Positions 1 to 9,575 of a stretch of DNA of 64,000 bases are shown here, in pieces. This DNA comes from Treponemataceae bacterium. Its GTDB lineage: Bacteria > Spirochaetota > Spirochaetia > Treponematales > Rectinemataceae. The first letter of the stretch is position 1. Each line of letters opens with the position of its first letter. The position numbers and the translations under genes are program-made. A model generated the notes under the pieces. That model was not told the DNA's origin. It saw only the letters and a program-made list of their open reading frames with translations, and did not search any database. The stretch covers positions 2,240,001 through 2,304,000 of the forward strand of contig CAXXVZ010000003.1 in assembly GCA_963678065.2 (NCBI GenBank). Reading direction: 5' to 3'.

Positions 1-533
1 TCGCCGAGGCCTTCAACGAAGGGCTCAAGGGTGTCTCGAGGATGGCGGCGCTCGACCTCGTCCTCTCCATCGGCGGAATCGCGGCGGACTCCGGCGAAAG
101 ACAGGCCTATGCAGATGCGAAAAACGGGTATTATCTCGAGTATATCTCGGCCATGAGCCGCGACGAGATCCTCCCCGGGGTGATCGAAATCCTCGAGGAC
201 ATCAAAGAGCGCGGATGCAAAAGCGCGATTGCGAGCGCAAGCAAGAACGCGCCACTGATTCTGGAATCCGTCGGGATCCGGACTCTCTTCGATGTTGTCG
301 TCGACGGGAACCGCGCGTCGCGGGCCAAGCCCGATCCGGAAGTTTTCCTTCTTGCTGCCGGCGACCTGGGAGCCGATCCTGGCCGCTGTGTAGTTTTCGA
401 AGACGCCGTCGCAGGTCTCGAGGGGGCAGCCCGCGCGGGTATGTACTGTGTCGGTGTCGGGAATCCGAGAGTTCTGACCGGGGCCGACCTTGTCATCCCG
501 GACTTTGCGGGTTTCTCTTTGAGGCGGATATAG
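1..533 (+). CDS. pgmB: Beta-phosphoglucomutase (HAD family), 5' end outside window
   Basis: Frame is open from position 3 (AEAFNEGLKGVSRM); motifs ASASKNA, KPDPEVF, VFEDA; adjacent to a GH65 phosphorylase locus. Confidence 0.9.
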   Translation, partial: AEAFNEGLKGVSRMAALDLVLSIGGIAADSGERQAYADAKNGYYLEYISAMSRDEILPGVIEILEDIKERGCKSAIASASKNAPLILESVGIRTLFDVVVDGNRASRAKPDPEVFLLAAGDLGADPGRCVVFEDAVAGLEGAARAGMYCVGVGNPRVLTGADLVIPDFAGFSLRRI

Positions 534-577
534 GGCGGAGCGAAAAAAGGCACTGCGCGAATTCGAAAAAATCGCAC

Positions 578-606
578 TTGCGGGCTTTGGAAAGCAGTGG
601 TATGAT
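578..606 (+). promoter_or_regulatory. Sigma70-type promoter of the sugar ABC operon
   Basis: TTGCGG (578-583), 17-bp spacer, TGn extended -10, TATGAT (601-606). Confidence 0.7.
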
Positions 607-613
607 TGCTTTA

Positions 614-640
614 GTATCACGTGTTAGTAACACATGATAC
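614..640. promoter_or_regulatory. 27-bp palindromic operator, probably bound by the LacI repressor at 3905-4930
   Basis: GTATCACGTGTTAGTAACACATGATAC is nearly its own reverse complement and lies just downstream of the -10 box. Confidence 0.75.
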
Positions 641-664
641 AGCATTCTTTCTATGGAGGTCACT

Positions 665-1948
665 GTGAAAAAACTCACGCTCGTGGCGATCGCAGCGCTC
701 CTTTTCGCCCTCTGCGCCATGCCACTCATCGCTCAGACCAAGGCTACGGTCAAGGTTCTTGGAGTCTGGGGAGGCCAGGAACTCGATGTCTTCAACGAGG
801 CGGTCAAGCCCTTCACCGAGCGAACCGGGATCAAGGTCGATTTCGAGGGAAGCCGCGACATCGACGCCATCCTCACGGCGCGCATCCAGGGTGGCAACTC
901 GCCCGACATCGCTCTCCTGACGGGCCCCGGCAAGATGATCGAGCTCGCCCAAGCCAAGAAGCTCGTGGACCTGACTCAGGTTCTGGACATGAAGGCCTAC
1001 GCCAAAAACTACAACGCTGGCTGGAAAGACCTGGGCTCTGTGGACGGCAAGCTCTACGGCCTGTTCCTGAAAGCCGCGGTCAAGGGCCTCATCTGGTACA
1101 ACCCCAAGACCCTGAAGGCGATGGGCATCGCCGAACTCCCGAAGACCTGGGACGATCTCCTCGCCCTGTCCAGGAAAATTGCGGCCTCCGGCACTGCTCC
1201 CTGGTCCCTGGGCATCGAGTCCGGCGGGGCGAGCGGCTGGGCGGGAACCGACTGGCTCGAGGATATCTTCCTCCGCATGTACGGCCCCCAGCTCTACCAG
1301 GACTGGTACAATGGCAAGGTCTCGTGGACGAGCCCCGAGATGAAGAAGGTCTGGCAGGAGTGGGGCAAGATCGTCGCCGACCCGGCCATGGCCTACGGAG
1401 GCAAGGAGTACATCAACTCCACCAACTTCGGCGCCGCGGGCAATCCCCTCTTCGCCAATCCCCCAAAAGCTGTCTTCCACCACCAGGCCAGCTTCATCAC
1501 CGGCTTCTTCGTCGATCAGAACCCCGGCGTGAAGGCGGGCGCGGACTTCGACTTCTTCGGATTCCCCGCCATCGACGCCCAGTACGCCAAAGCCGTCGAG
1601 GGCGCGGGCGATATCTGCGTCGTGCTCAAGAACAACGCCCAGACAAAGGCCTTCATGGAATACATGGCCTCCGCCGAGTTCCAGTCCTACTGGGCGGCCG
1701 GCACAGGCGCGCTCGCGACCAACAGGAATGTCTCCCTCACCTTCTACCCCGATCCCCTCATCAAGCGGGCCGCCGACATCCTGAACAAGGCCGAGATCGT
1801 CGTATTCGACGCCTCCGACATGATGAAGCCCGAGATGAACGCCGCGTTCTGGACCGCGATCGTCTCCTACGTGGACAACCCCGCCAATCTGGACGGGATT
1901 CTTGTCGGCCTGGAGAAAGTGCGCAAGGACGTGTATAAGGTCAAGTGA
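665..1948 (+). CDS. Sugar (alpha-glucoside) ABC transporter substrate-binding protein
   Basis: GTG start after GGAGG; signal peptide; SBP family 1 motifs (KGLIWYNP, PKTWDDL, GWAGTDWLED). Confidence 0.9.
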   Translation: MKKLTLVAIAALLFALCAMPLIAQTKATVKVLGVWGGQELDVFNEAVKPFTERTGIKVDFEGSRDIDAILTARIQGGNSPDIALLTGPGKMIELAQAKKLVDLTQVLDMKAYAKNYNAGWKDLGSVDGKLYGLFLKAAVKGLIWYNPKTLKAMGIAELPKTWDDLLALSRKIAASGTAPWSLGIESGGASGWAGTDWLEDIFLRMYGPQLYQDWYNGKVSWTSPEMKKVWQEWGKIVADPAMAYGGKEYINSTNFGAAGNPLFANPPKAVFHHQASFITGFFVDQNPGVKAGADFDFFGFPAIDAQYAKAVEGAGDICVVLKNNAQTKAFMEYMASAEFQSYWAAGTGALATNRNVSLTFYPDPLIKRAADILNKAEIVVFDASDMMKPEMNAAFWTAIVSYVDNPANLDGILVGLEKVRKDVYKVK

Positions 1949-1954
1949 AGGTTG

Positions 1955-1981
1955 CAGCCCCGGTCCTCGCGGCCGGGGCTG
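1955..1981 (+). other. Intercistronic GC stem-loop after the SBP gene (mRNA stabiliser/attenuator)
   Basis: CAGCCCCGG...CCGGGGCTG inverted repeat with no U-tract. Confidence 0.6.
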
Positions 1982-2019
1982 ACATTCCGCCCCGTCCATC
2001 CCGTCGACAAGGTGCCACG

Positions 2020-3036
2020 ATGAGCGTTCTACTTACGCTGGTGATAGCCGTGATCGGCATCCCGGCCGCGTTGATCTCGTATATTTATCTGAGCGAAGCC
2101 ATCGTCTCGATCGGAGGGTTGCGCCCTGCGGCAGGAAGCCCCGGCGGCCGGCCTTTCGCGGCGCGTTTGCCCGAGAGGCTCCGCCACTGGCTCTGGATCT
2201 TCCCCGCAGCCGTCCTTCTCGCGGTATTCCTCGCCTACCCCGTGGTGAACACCATCGCGATGAGCCTGCGGGGCAAGGATTCCAGCGAATTCGTCGGACT
2301 CGCGAATTACGCGAAAATATTCACCGATTCCGGGATGCTCATCGTGCTCCGGAACAACCTCCTGTGGCTCGTTCTCTTCACCGGAGGCACCCTCGTCTTC
2401 GGTCTCATAATCGCACTTCTGACCGACAGGGTGCGCTACGAAGCGGCTGCAAAGGCGCTGATCTTCGTCCCCATGGCCATCTCGTTCGTCGCGGCGGGGA
2501 TAATATGGAGCCTGGTTTTCGCCTACATGCCGGCAGGCGAGAAGCAGATCGGGATCGTCAACGCCATCATGACGGGGATCGACCCGGGCGCGCGGCCCCA
2601 GGCCTGGGTGAGCAACCGCGCGACGAACAACTACGTCCTCATCGCGGTGGGCGTGTGGATGTGGACCGGATTCTCCATGGTGATCCTGTCCGCCGGGCTC
2701 AAGTCGATATCCAATGAGCTGATCGAGGCGGCCCGCGTCGACGGGGCGACGGAGTGGCAGGTCCTGTTCCGGATAACGCTTCCGCTCCTCCTTCCGACGA
2801 TCGGAGTCGTGACGGTGACATTGATCATGAACGTGCTCAAGATCTTCGATGTCGTGTACGTCATGACCAACGGCAATCTGGGGACAGAGGTCATCGCGAA
2901 CCGGATGTACAAGGAGATGTTCAACTATCACGACTTCGGCACGGCCAGCGCCCTCGCGGTGGTGCTGATGCTCGCGATGATCCCATTCATGGTTGTCCGC
3001 GTGAGGGACTACAACAAGGGGAGAAAAAATGGCTAG
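2020..3036 (+). CDS. Carbohydrate ABC permease (MalF-like)
   Basis: Multiple TM helices; EAA motif EAARVDGA; start adjusted to ATG 2020. Confidence 0.9.
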   Translation: MSVLLTLVIAVIGIPAALISYIYLSEAIVSIGGLRPAAGSPGGRPFAARLPERLRHWLWIFPAAVLLAVFLAYPVVNTIAMSLRGKDSSEFVGLANYAKIFTDSGMLIVLRNNLLWLVLFTGGTLVFGLIIALLTDRVRYEAAAKALIFVPMAISFVAAGIIWSLVFAYMPAGEKQIGIVNAIMTGIDPGARPQAWVSNRATNNYVLIAVGVWMWTGFSMVILSAGLKSISNELIEAARVDGATEWQVLFRITLPLLLPTIGVVTVTLIMNVLKIFDVVYVMTNGNLGTEVIANRMYKEMFNYHDFGTASALAVVLMLAMIPFMVVRVRDYNKGRKNG

Positions 3037-3895
3037 ATTCGGTTCGGTCTCGAGTCGCGCCAGGGCCGGTGCACGACTTATTCTCCACCTCTCGCTCATC
3101 GTCATCTGTCTCGCCTGGCTTGCGCCGACCCTGGGCCTCCTTGTCAGCTCTTTCAGGCCCAAGAGCCTCATCAGCACGAGCGGCTGGTGGGAAGCATTCA
3201 CCCCACCCTTTAAATTCACGCTCGAAAACTATGCAAAAGTTCTGGGCCAGCAGAATATCGGACGCAGCTTCCTGAACAGCCTTATCATCGCCGTACCCTC
3301 GACGGTTCTCCCGATCAGCATCGCGGCTTTCGCCGCCTACGCCTTCGCGTGGATGCGCTTCAAGTCGAAGGAGCTGCTCTACTCCGCTGTCATCGTGATG
3401 CTCGTCGTCCCGATCCAGGTGACGCTGATCCCTGTCCTCAGGATATTCACGGGCCTCGGCATCAACGGGAGCTTCGCGGGAATCTGGCTGGCGCACACGG
3501 CTTTCGGCCTGCCTTTCTCGATCTTTCTTCTGCGCAATTCTTTCGAACAGATTCCTCCGAGCATGCTCGAGTCCGCCTTCATGGACGGTGCCAGTCATCC
3601 CGTGGTATTTCTCCGCCTCGTCCTGCCGACGACGATCCCGGGCATCGCCTCGCTGGCCATCTTCCAGTTCATGTGGGTCTGGAACGATCTCCTCGTCGCG
3701 ATGGTCTTCCTGGGGGGGACGGCCGACGTCGCCCCGCTCACGGTGCGCATCGCGAATCTCGTCAACTCCTACGGGCAAGGATGGCAGATTCTGACCTCGG
3801 CCGCCTTCATCTCGATGCTGCTGCCCCTCGTCGTGTTCTTCTCGTTGCAGAAGTACTATATCCGTGGTATAACCGCCGGGTCGGTGAAAGAATAG
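3029..3895 (+). CDS. Carbohydrate ABC permease (MalG-like)
   Basis: TM helices, ESAFMDGA, WNDLL, ITAGSVK C-terminus. Confidence 0.9.
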   Translation: MARFGSVSSRARAGARLILHLSLIVICLAWLAPTLGLLVSSFRPKSLISTSGWWEAFTPPFKFTLENYAKVLGQQNIGRSFLNSLIIAVPSTVLPISIAAFAAYAFAWMRFKSKELLYSAVIVMLVVPIQVTLIPVLRIFTGLGINGSFAGIWLAHTAFGLPFSIFLLRNSFEQIPPSMLESAFMDGASHPVVFLRLVLPTTIPGIASLAIFQFMWVWNDLLVAMVFLGGTADVAPLTVRIANLVNSYGQGWQILTSAAFISMLLPLVVFFSLQKYYIRGITAGSVKE

Positions 3896-3904
3896 GATGG
3901 CGGG

Positions 3905-4930
3905 TTGAAAAAGCGCGGTGTTTCGTCCGAGGAAGTCGCTCGCCTGGCGAAAGTCTCCAGGACGACAGTCTCCTTCGTCCTGAACAACACTCCCGGCAAG
4001 TTCATCTCCGAGGAGACCCGCACCCGGGTTTTAGAGGCTGCGAGCAGTCTGAACTATGTCCCCGACGCGGACGCGCGTCGCGTGGCCAAGACGACGCGTC
4101 GTACGGTGGGCCTCCTCATCAGCCACACCGGTTCGATCTATTCCGACGCCTACATCCTGAGGCTCCTCGAGGGGATCGGGCCGGTGCTCAACAAGCGGCG
4201 GTACCGGCTGATCCTCGTCCCCGTCAAGCGCGATTCCTGCGACCTCCTGAAGATCGTCCGCGAGTGTGAGCTCGACGGCGTCATCCTGACGAATATGCGC
4301 CAGGAAGACATGGACCTCTCCCCCCTCGTCAGCGAAGGGATACCGCTCGTGCTCGTCGGCGCCGTGCAGGACGCGTGCGTCGCGCAGATAGATATCGATA
4401 ACAGGCGCGCGGCCGCCGAGGCGACGCGTCATCTCGTCTCCCTGGGACATCGGGATATCGCCATGATCGTACACTCCAACCTCTCCTACATCGCGGCGAC
4501 TGACCGCCTTTCCGGCTACCGCGACGCGCTGTCGGAGGCGGACATCGCCTTCGACGAGAGCCGGGTGAGAATCGCGGACTTCAACGAGGAATCGGGTTAC
4601 GCCGCCATGAGGGCCCTGCTCTCCTGCTCGCCCAGGCCGAGCGCCATCTTCGCGGGCAACGATGCCGTAGCCTACGGCGCCATACAGGCGATCGCCGAGG
4701 CCGGGCTGCATATACCGCGCGACATCTCGATAGTCGGCTTCGACGACGATTATCCCTCGCGCTTCATGAACCCTCCCCTGACGAGCATGACCCTGCCCGC
4801 GATGTCCCTCGGGGAGCGGGCCGCGCGCATGGTCTCCGATATCATCGAAGGGAAAGACTTCGCCGCGGGTCTGATCCTTTTGCCGACATTCCTGACGGTC
4901 CGCGAATCCACCGCCGCGCGCCGCCCTTGA
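3905..4930 (+). CDS. LacI-family transcriptional regulator
   Basis: N-terminal HTH VARLAKVSRTTVSFVLN; GFDD and PPLTS in the sugar-binding domain. Confidence 0.93.
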   Translation: MKKRGVSSEEVARLAKVSRTTVSFVLNNTPGKFISEETRTRVLEAASSLNYVPDADARRVAKTTRRTVGLLISHTGSIYSDAYILRLLEGIGPVLNKRRYRLILVPVKRDSCDLLKIVRECELDGVILTNMRQEDMDLSPLVSEGIPLVLVGAVQDACVAQIDIDNRRAAAEATRHLVSLGHRDIAMIVHSNLSYIAATDRLSGYRDALSEADIAFDESRVRIADFNEESGYAAMRALLSCSPRPSAIFAGNDAVAYGAIQAIAEAGLHIPRDISIVGFDDDYPSRFMNPPLTSMTLPAMSLGERAARMVSDIIEGKDFAAGLILLPTFLTVRESTAARRP

Positions 4931-4977
4931 CCCCGTCCGCGCGCAGACGCACCAGACACCGATAACGAGGATTCCTT

Positions 4978-7395
4978 ATGTCCAGCATCCTGAAAACGAC
5001 GACATTCGACCCGGCGCGCCTTTCCCTCGAGGAGACTCTCTACCACACGGCCAATGGCTACCTGGGAGTCCGCGCCGCCTTCGAGGAAGGCTACGCCGCC
5101 GGGACCGCCACTGTGCGAGGCAGCTATATCAACGCCTTTTACGACACCCATCCGATTCGCCACCCCGAGAGTCTCTACGGTTTTCCCGAAACGGGCGAAC
5201 GGATCGTCGCCGTCACGGACGCCCAGACGATCGAACTCTACGTCGACGGCGAGAAGATGGTTCTCGAGCCGGGCAGGCTCGAGAGTTTCGAGCGAACGCT
5301 CGATATGGAGGCGGGCATCGCGCGGCGATCCTTCGTATGGAACACGGCCGCGGGCAAGCGTCTCGAGGTCACGGTCTCGAGGCTCTGCTCGCTCGCCCGT
5401 CCTGAGCTCTTTGCCGTGGAATACAGAGTCGCCTCACTGGGCGAGGGCGCCGAAATACGCCTCGCCTGCGTTCTGGACGGCGATGTGTCGAATTATCACG
5501 ACGAGTCCGATCCGCGCCTCTCGGGCAGCGCCTTCAAACCCCTCGAAGTCCTGGCCGTCGAGGCCGTCGTCGGGGACGGCTTCGATGTCGGGCCGGCTGC
5601 GCCACGCATGCAGACTGCTGTCGCGGCAACATCCACGGCGACGATCCGCGGCTCGCTGTACATCGAGTCGCGGACAAAGGTCACCGGATTCCGGCTCGGC
5701 GTCCTCTCGCTCGTCGAGTCCTCCGGGATGGGAACCTGGGCAGCGGAGGCGGGGCCCGCCGAAGCGCGGCTCGAGCTGAGCCGGAGTCTGTCGGCCGGCG
5801 AAGAGCTCGTCGTGCTCCGGAAGAATGTCTACGTGGACTCGGAGCGTCACGGGGAGGTCCGGGCGGCCGCGGGGCGCATCGCAAAAGCTCTCGGGGGCAT
5901 CGGATTCTCCGGGCTCGCCGCGGAGCAGGCGGAAACTTTCCGCGCCTATTGGGAGGCCGCCTCCGTGTCGGTCGAGGGAGACGAGCCAGTCGCCGAGGGG
6001 TTGCGCTTCGGGCTCTTCCAGCTCCTCCAATCCGCCCCGCGGGACGGGCGCTCGAACATCGCGGCCAAGGCACTCTCCGGCGAGGGCTACGAAGGGCACT
6101 ATTTCTGGGACACCGAGATCTACATGGCCCCCTTTTTTACCTACACGAACCCGGCGCTCGCCCGGGCCCTCCTCCTCTATAGGCACTCCATCCTGGACGG
6201 GGCGCGGGCCCATGCGCGGGAGATGGGCCAGACCCGCGGCGCGGCCTTCCCCTGGAGGACAATCGCCGGCAGGGAGTGTTCGGCCTACTACCCCTCGGGC
6301 AGCGCCCAGTACCACATCAACGCGGACATAGCCTACGCTGTCTGGCGCTACTACGAGGCCACAGGCGACCTCGCCTTCATCGCTGAAGAGGGGGCGGAAC
6401 TCCTCTTCGAGACTGCGCGGACCTGGCTCGACATCGGCCACTTCGACGGCTCCGAGTTCAGGATCGAATCTGTCACGGGCCCCGACGAATACACCTGTCT
6501 CGTCGACAACAATTATTACACCAACGCGATGGCCCGCTACGCGCTGGAGCGGGCGGTCGAAGCTCACGCCCTGCTCCGCGACCGCGATCCTCCGGCGCTC
6601 GCCGGCATCGCGCTCAGGATCAGGCTCGCGGAAGACGAGGTCGTTCAGTGGTCGAGGGCTGCAGCAGCCATGTACCTTCCCTACGACGCGGCCCGCGATA
6701 TCAGTCCTCAGGACGATGGATTCCTCCGCAAGGCGATCTGGGATCCGGCGGGCATTCCCGCGGAAGAGCGTCCCCTCCTCCTGCATTTCCACCATCTGGC
6801 TATTTCGCGGAGGCAGATCTGCAAGCAGGCCGACGTCGTGCTCGCCCACTTCCTTCTGCCCGGGATCGCCGCGTCCGGCACCATCAGGAAGAGCTACGAG
6901 TATTACGAGCGCATAACGACCCACGATTCATCTCTGTCCTACGCGGTGTTCAGCGCGATGGCCGCGAGACTAGGCGATGCCGAGAAGGCTTACCGCTACT
7001 TCGCCGAGACCGCGAGGCTCGACCTCGACGATCGCCACGGGAACGCCCGGGACGGCATCCACGCCGCGAATATGGGCGGAGCCTGGCTCGCTATCGTCTT
7101 CGGCTTCGGCGGATTCCAGCCTCTCGGCGACGCGGTCGCGCTCGAACCTGTCCTGCCGGCCCGATGGCGCTCGCTCTCATTCAGGATCGCCTATCGCGGA
7201 AGGTCCATCCGTGTCCGCGCGTCCCGTGAAGGGCAGTCCGGAGGGAGGCTGTCCAAAGAGGGCGAGGGGGGGATCGTCGTCCGGGTCGAGCTCGCCGCCG
7301 GGAATCCGATCGGGATAGAGTCCGGGGGACGCCGGTTTCTCCTCGTCGACCTGCTGGTCTTCATGGCTCAGGATCGCAGCCGGTCAGCTCCATGA
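4978..7395 (+). CDS. Glycoside hydrolase family 65 (trehalose/maltose/kojibiose phosphorylase)
   Basis: ANGYLGVR, GEGYEGHYFWDTE, GPDEY, KQADV, HDSSLS. Confidence 0.92.
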   Translation: MSSILKTTTFDPARLSLEETLYHTANGYLGVRAAFEEGYAAGTATVRGSYINAFYDTHPIRHPESLYGFPETGERIVAVTDAQTIELYVDGEKMVLEPGRLESFERTLDMEAGIARRSFVWNTAAGKRLEVTVSRLCSLARPELFAVEYRVASLGEGAEIRLACVLDGDVSNYHDESDPRLSGSAFKPLEVLAVEAVVGDGFDVGPAAPRMQTAVAATSTATIRGSLYIESRTKVTGFRLGVLSLVESSGMGTWAAEAGPAEARLELSRSLSAGEELVVLRKNVYVDSERHGEVRAAAGRIAKALGGIGFSGLAAEQAETFRAYWEAASVSVEGDEPVAEGLRFGLFQLLQSAPRDGRSNIAAKALSGEGYEGHYFWDTEIYMAPFFTYTNPALARALLLYRHSILDGARAHAREMGQTRGAAFPWRTIAGRECSAYYPSGSAQYHINADIAYAVWRYYEATGDLAFIAEEGAELLFETARTWLDIGHFDGSEFRIESVTGPDEYTCLVDNNYYTNAMARYALERAVEAHALLRDRDPPALAGIALRIRLAEDEVVQWSRAAAAMYLPYDAARDISPQDDGFLRKAIWDPAGIPAEERPLLLHFHHLAISRRQICKQADVVLAHFLLPGIAASGTIRKSYEYYERITTHDSSLSYAVFSAMAARLGDAEKAYRYFAETARLDLDDRHGNARDGIHAANMGGAWLAIVFGFGGFQPLGDAVALEPVLPARWRSLSFRIAYRGRSIRVRASREGQSGGRLSKEGEGGIVVRVELAAGNPIGIESGGRRFLLVDLLVFMAQDRSRSAP

Positions 7396-8013
7396 GGGCG
7401 GATACAGAAGCTCCGGCAGGCCAAGCAGCTTTCCGGGCAGCGGTTTCTTCATGTCGACAAGATCCATGAGGGTAGAAGGCCTTCCGCTTCCCTCGCCGGG
7501 GGCGGGCCAGGGCGGCGGCGGAGCCAGCCAGCGTCCGGAGGCGTCGAGCATGTGGGAACGATCGCTCACGAGTACCGAAAGGTACTCGGAGCCCGAGAGG
7601 AGGCGGAATACCGGCGCGTAGCGCGGAGGCAGGTCAGCGGGGAACGAAAGCCCGAGATATCGGGCGAAAGGACAGGGAAAGGCAAGAGTCGAGTCTGAAT
7701 CGCAGACAAAAAGTCCCTCGGTTGCGTCCGGCGCTGCAGCGGCGTCAGGCTGCACTACCGCAACGACGTGGTAATCCCAGACAACGACGCCTTCCGGACC
7801 GGATTTCTGACAGGCCATCGCGACGCTCCGTCCGGGGTTGGAGATGAAGAGGCCCCAGGCCCGGCCACTCCAGGCATGGCTGTCCACTGCAGTGCCATCC
7901 GAAACATGGTCGCCGGCATCCTGCAGATGAAAAAGCAAGCGGTACACGTTCTCCTCGCAATACATCGCCGCGTAGCCGGCGGCATCGCGGAGAAAAACCA
8001 AGTCTGTGGCCAT
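7384..8013 (-). CDS. Protein N-terminal glutamine amidohydrolase (NTAQ1/WDYHV family)
   Basis: YCEENV, FISN, WDYHVV, DSTLAFPCPF, SDRSHM, W-x-x-PPPP-W-P in the eukaryotic NTAQ1 order; start adjusted to ATG 8013. Confidence 0.88.
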   Translation of the reverse strand: MATDLVFLRDAAGYAAMYCEENVYRLLFHLQDAGDHVSDGTAVDSHAWSGRAWGLFISNPGRSVAMACQKSGPEGVVVWDYHVVAVVQPDAAAAPDATEGLFVCDSDSTLAFPCPFARYLGLSFPADLPPRYAPVFRLLSGSEYLSVLVSDRSHMLDASGRWLAPPPPWPAPGEGSGRPSTLMDLVDMKKPLPGKLLGLPELLYPPSWS

Positions 8014-8230
8014 ACGATACTCATGATATCCGCAACGAGACTTCCCGTGCGAGGGGCCTGTCCTGGTACGATTCTTGACGAAACAACACGGGGCGGCCTG
8101 TCTGCGGTGTGCGGCGGTGTGCCGCGATGTGCACACATAAGCATATGCGCCAGTCCGCGCGGAAGCGGAAGCTGAAGCGGACTGGGTTCCTCGTGAGGTT
8201 TTCTCAGTCATTGACCCGAAGAGGAGCGCG

Positions 8231-8818
8231 ATGCTAGCGTCTTCAGCGATGAACCACACCGCTTCCGGGTCCATGACCATGCCCGTGCTCGCCTGCCTTT
8301 TCGCCGCCCTCATCTCTGTCGGCGCCTACATCGCTGTCCCCGTGCCGGGCAGTCCCGTCCCCGTCGTCCTTCAGAACATGCTCATCCTGATAGCGGGACT
8401 CGTCCTCGGCCCCATCTGGGGATTGGCCGCGACAGCCCTCTACCTCATTCTCGGAGCCGTCGGACTGCCGGTCTTCGCGGGCGGCACTGGAGGAATCGCA
8501 AAGTTCCTGGGGCCGACCGGCGGTTACCTCTTAGGCTACCTCCCGGGCGTCCTCGTCACCGGCCTCGTCTCGCGTTTCGGCGCGATCAAAGTCTGGAAGA
8601 ACGCCCTCGCCGCCTTCCTGGGAATGACTGTCGTCTACATCTTCGGCATCGTCCGCCTCAAATTCGCCATCGACGCGACCTGGACCAAGGCGATCGCCTC
8701 GGGTCTCATTCCCTTCATCGCCGGCGACCTCGCGAAGATTGTCCTCGCGGCGATCGTCTCCGCGCGCCTCGCGGTCAGACTCGAGGCGATGAACCCCGAT
8801 GGCAGACGGCGTGGATGA
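8231..8818 (+). CDS. bioY: Biotin ECF transporter S component
   Basis: PVPVVLQ, GLPVFAGG, GPTGGYLLG, PFIAGD; an alternative start exists at 8249. Confidence 0.9.
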   Translation: MLASSAMNHTASGSMTMPVLACLFAALISVGAYIAVPVPGSPVPVVLQNMLILIAGLVLGPIWGLAATALYLILGAVGLPVFAGGTGGIAKFLGPTGGYLLGYLPGVLVTGLVSRFGAIKVWKNALAAFLGMTVVYIFGIVRLKFAIDATWTKAIASGLIPFIAGDLAKIVLAAIVSARLAVRLEAMNPDGRRRG

Positions 8819-9575
8819 GCCAGAGGAGCTGATCAGGGTCGAGGCTCTGACTCATCGCTTCCATGATGGCGTACTCGGCCTGGACAGAGTATCGCTCTCG
8901 GTCCGGCGCAGGGATTTTCTTGTCCTCGCGGGCCGGAACGGTTCAGGCAAGACCCTCCTGATGCGACACCTCATCGGACTCGTCCGGCCAAGCGCTGGCA
9001 GTATCCTGTACCTGGGCACGGAAATCGGGAAGGACTTGCGCAAGGTCAGGACGGGAATCGGACTCGTCTTCCAGGACTCCGAGGCCCAGATCATCGGCCA
9101 GACAGTCCGGGAGGATGTGGCCTTCGGCCCCTCGAACCTCGGCCTCTCCCTGCCGGAAATCGAAGGCCACACGAAAAAAGCTCTGAGCCTCCTCCATCTC
9201 GAAGATAAGGGAGACAGGATCCCCGACGGCCTCTCCGGCGGGGAAAGGCGACGTCTCGCCATAGCCGGCATCATGGCCATGGACCCCGATTGCGTCATCC
9301 TCGACGAACCATTCGCGAACCTCGACCTTCCCTCGATACGGCAAGTGCTTTCCGCGATGACGGAGCTGCACGCGGAAGGCAGAACGGTCATCGTCCTGAC
9401 CCACGAACTGGAGAAGGTGCTGGCCCACGCGACACGCCTCGTCGTGATGGAGGCAGGCTCCATCGTCTACGACGGCGATCCTGAACCGGCGGACCGGAGC
9501 CTGTTTTCCGAAAACGGCCTCGCCGACCCCTACCGCTTCGCGACGCGAAGGGCCGACCTGACCTGGCTCAGATGA
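8799..9575 (+). CDS. ECF transporter ATPase (BioM/CbiO-like)
   Basis: Walker A GRNGSGKT, LVFQD, LSGGE, DEPFANLD. Confidence 0.9.
   Translation: MADGVDEPEELIRVEALTHRFHDGVLGLDRVSLSVRRRDFLVLAGRNGSGKTLLMRHLIGLVRPSAGSILYLGTEIGKDLRKVRTGIGLVFQDSEAQIIGQTVREDVAFGPSNLGLSLPEIEGHTKKALSLLHLEDKGDRIPDGLSGGERRRLAIAGIMAMDPDCVILDEPFANLDLPSIRQVLSAMTELHAEGRTVIVLTHELEKVLAHATRLVVMEAGSIVYDGDPEPADRSLFSENGLADPYRFATRRADLTWLR

Noticed and set aside
8030..8230. Hairpin CCAGTCCGC...GCGGACTGG upstream of bioY as a riboswitch or BirA site
   Set aside because: A single GC stem lying upstream of the likely promoter; no match to a riboswitch or BirA palindrome that I recognise
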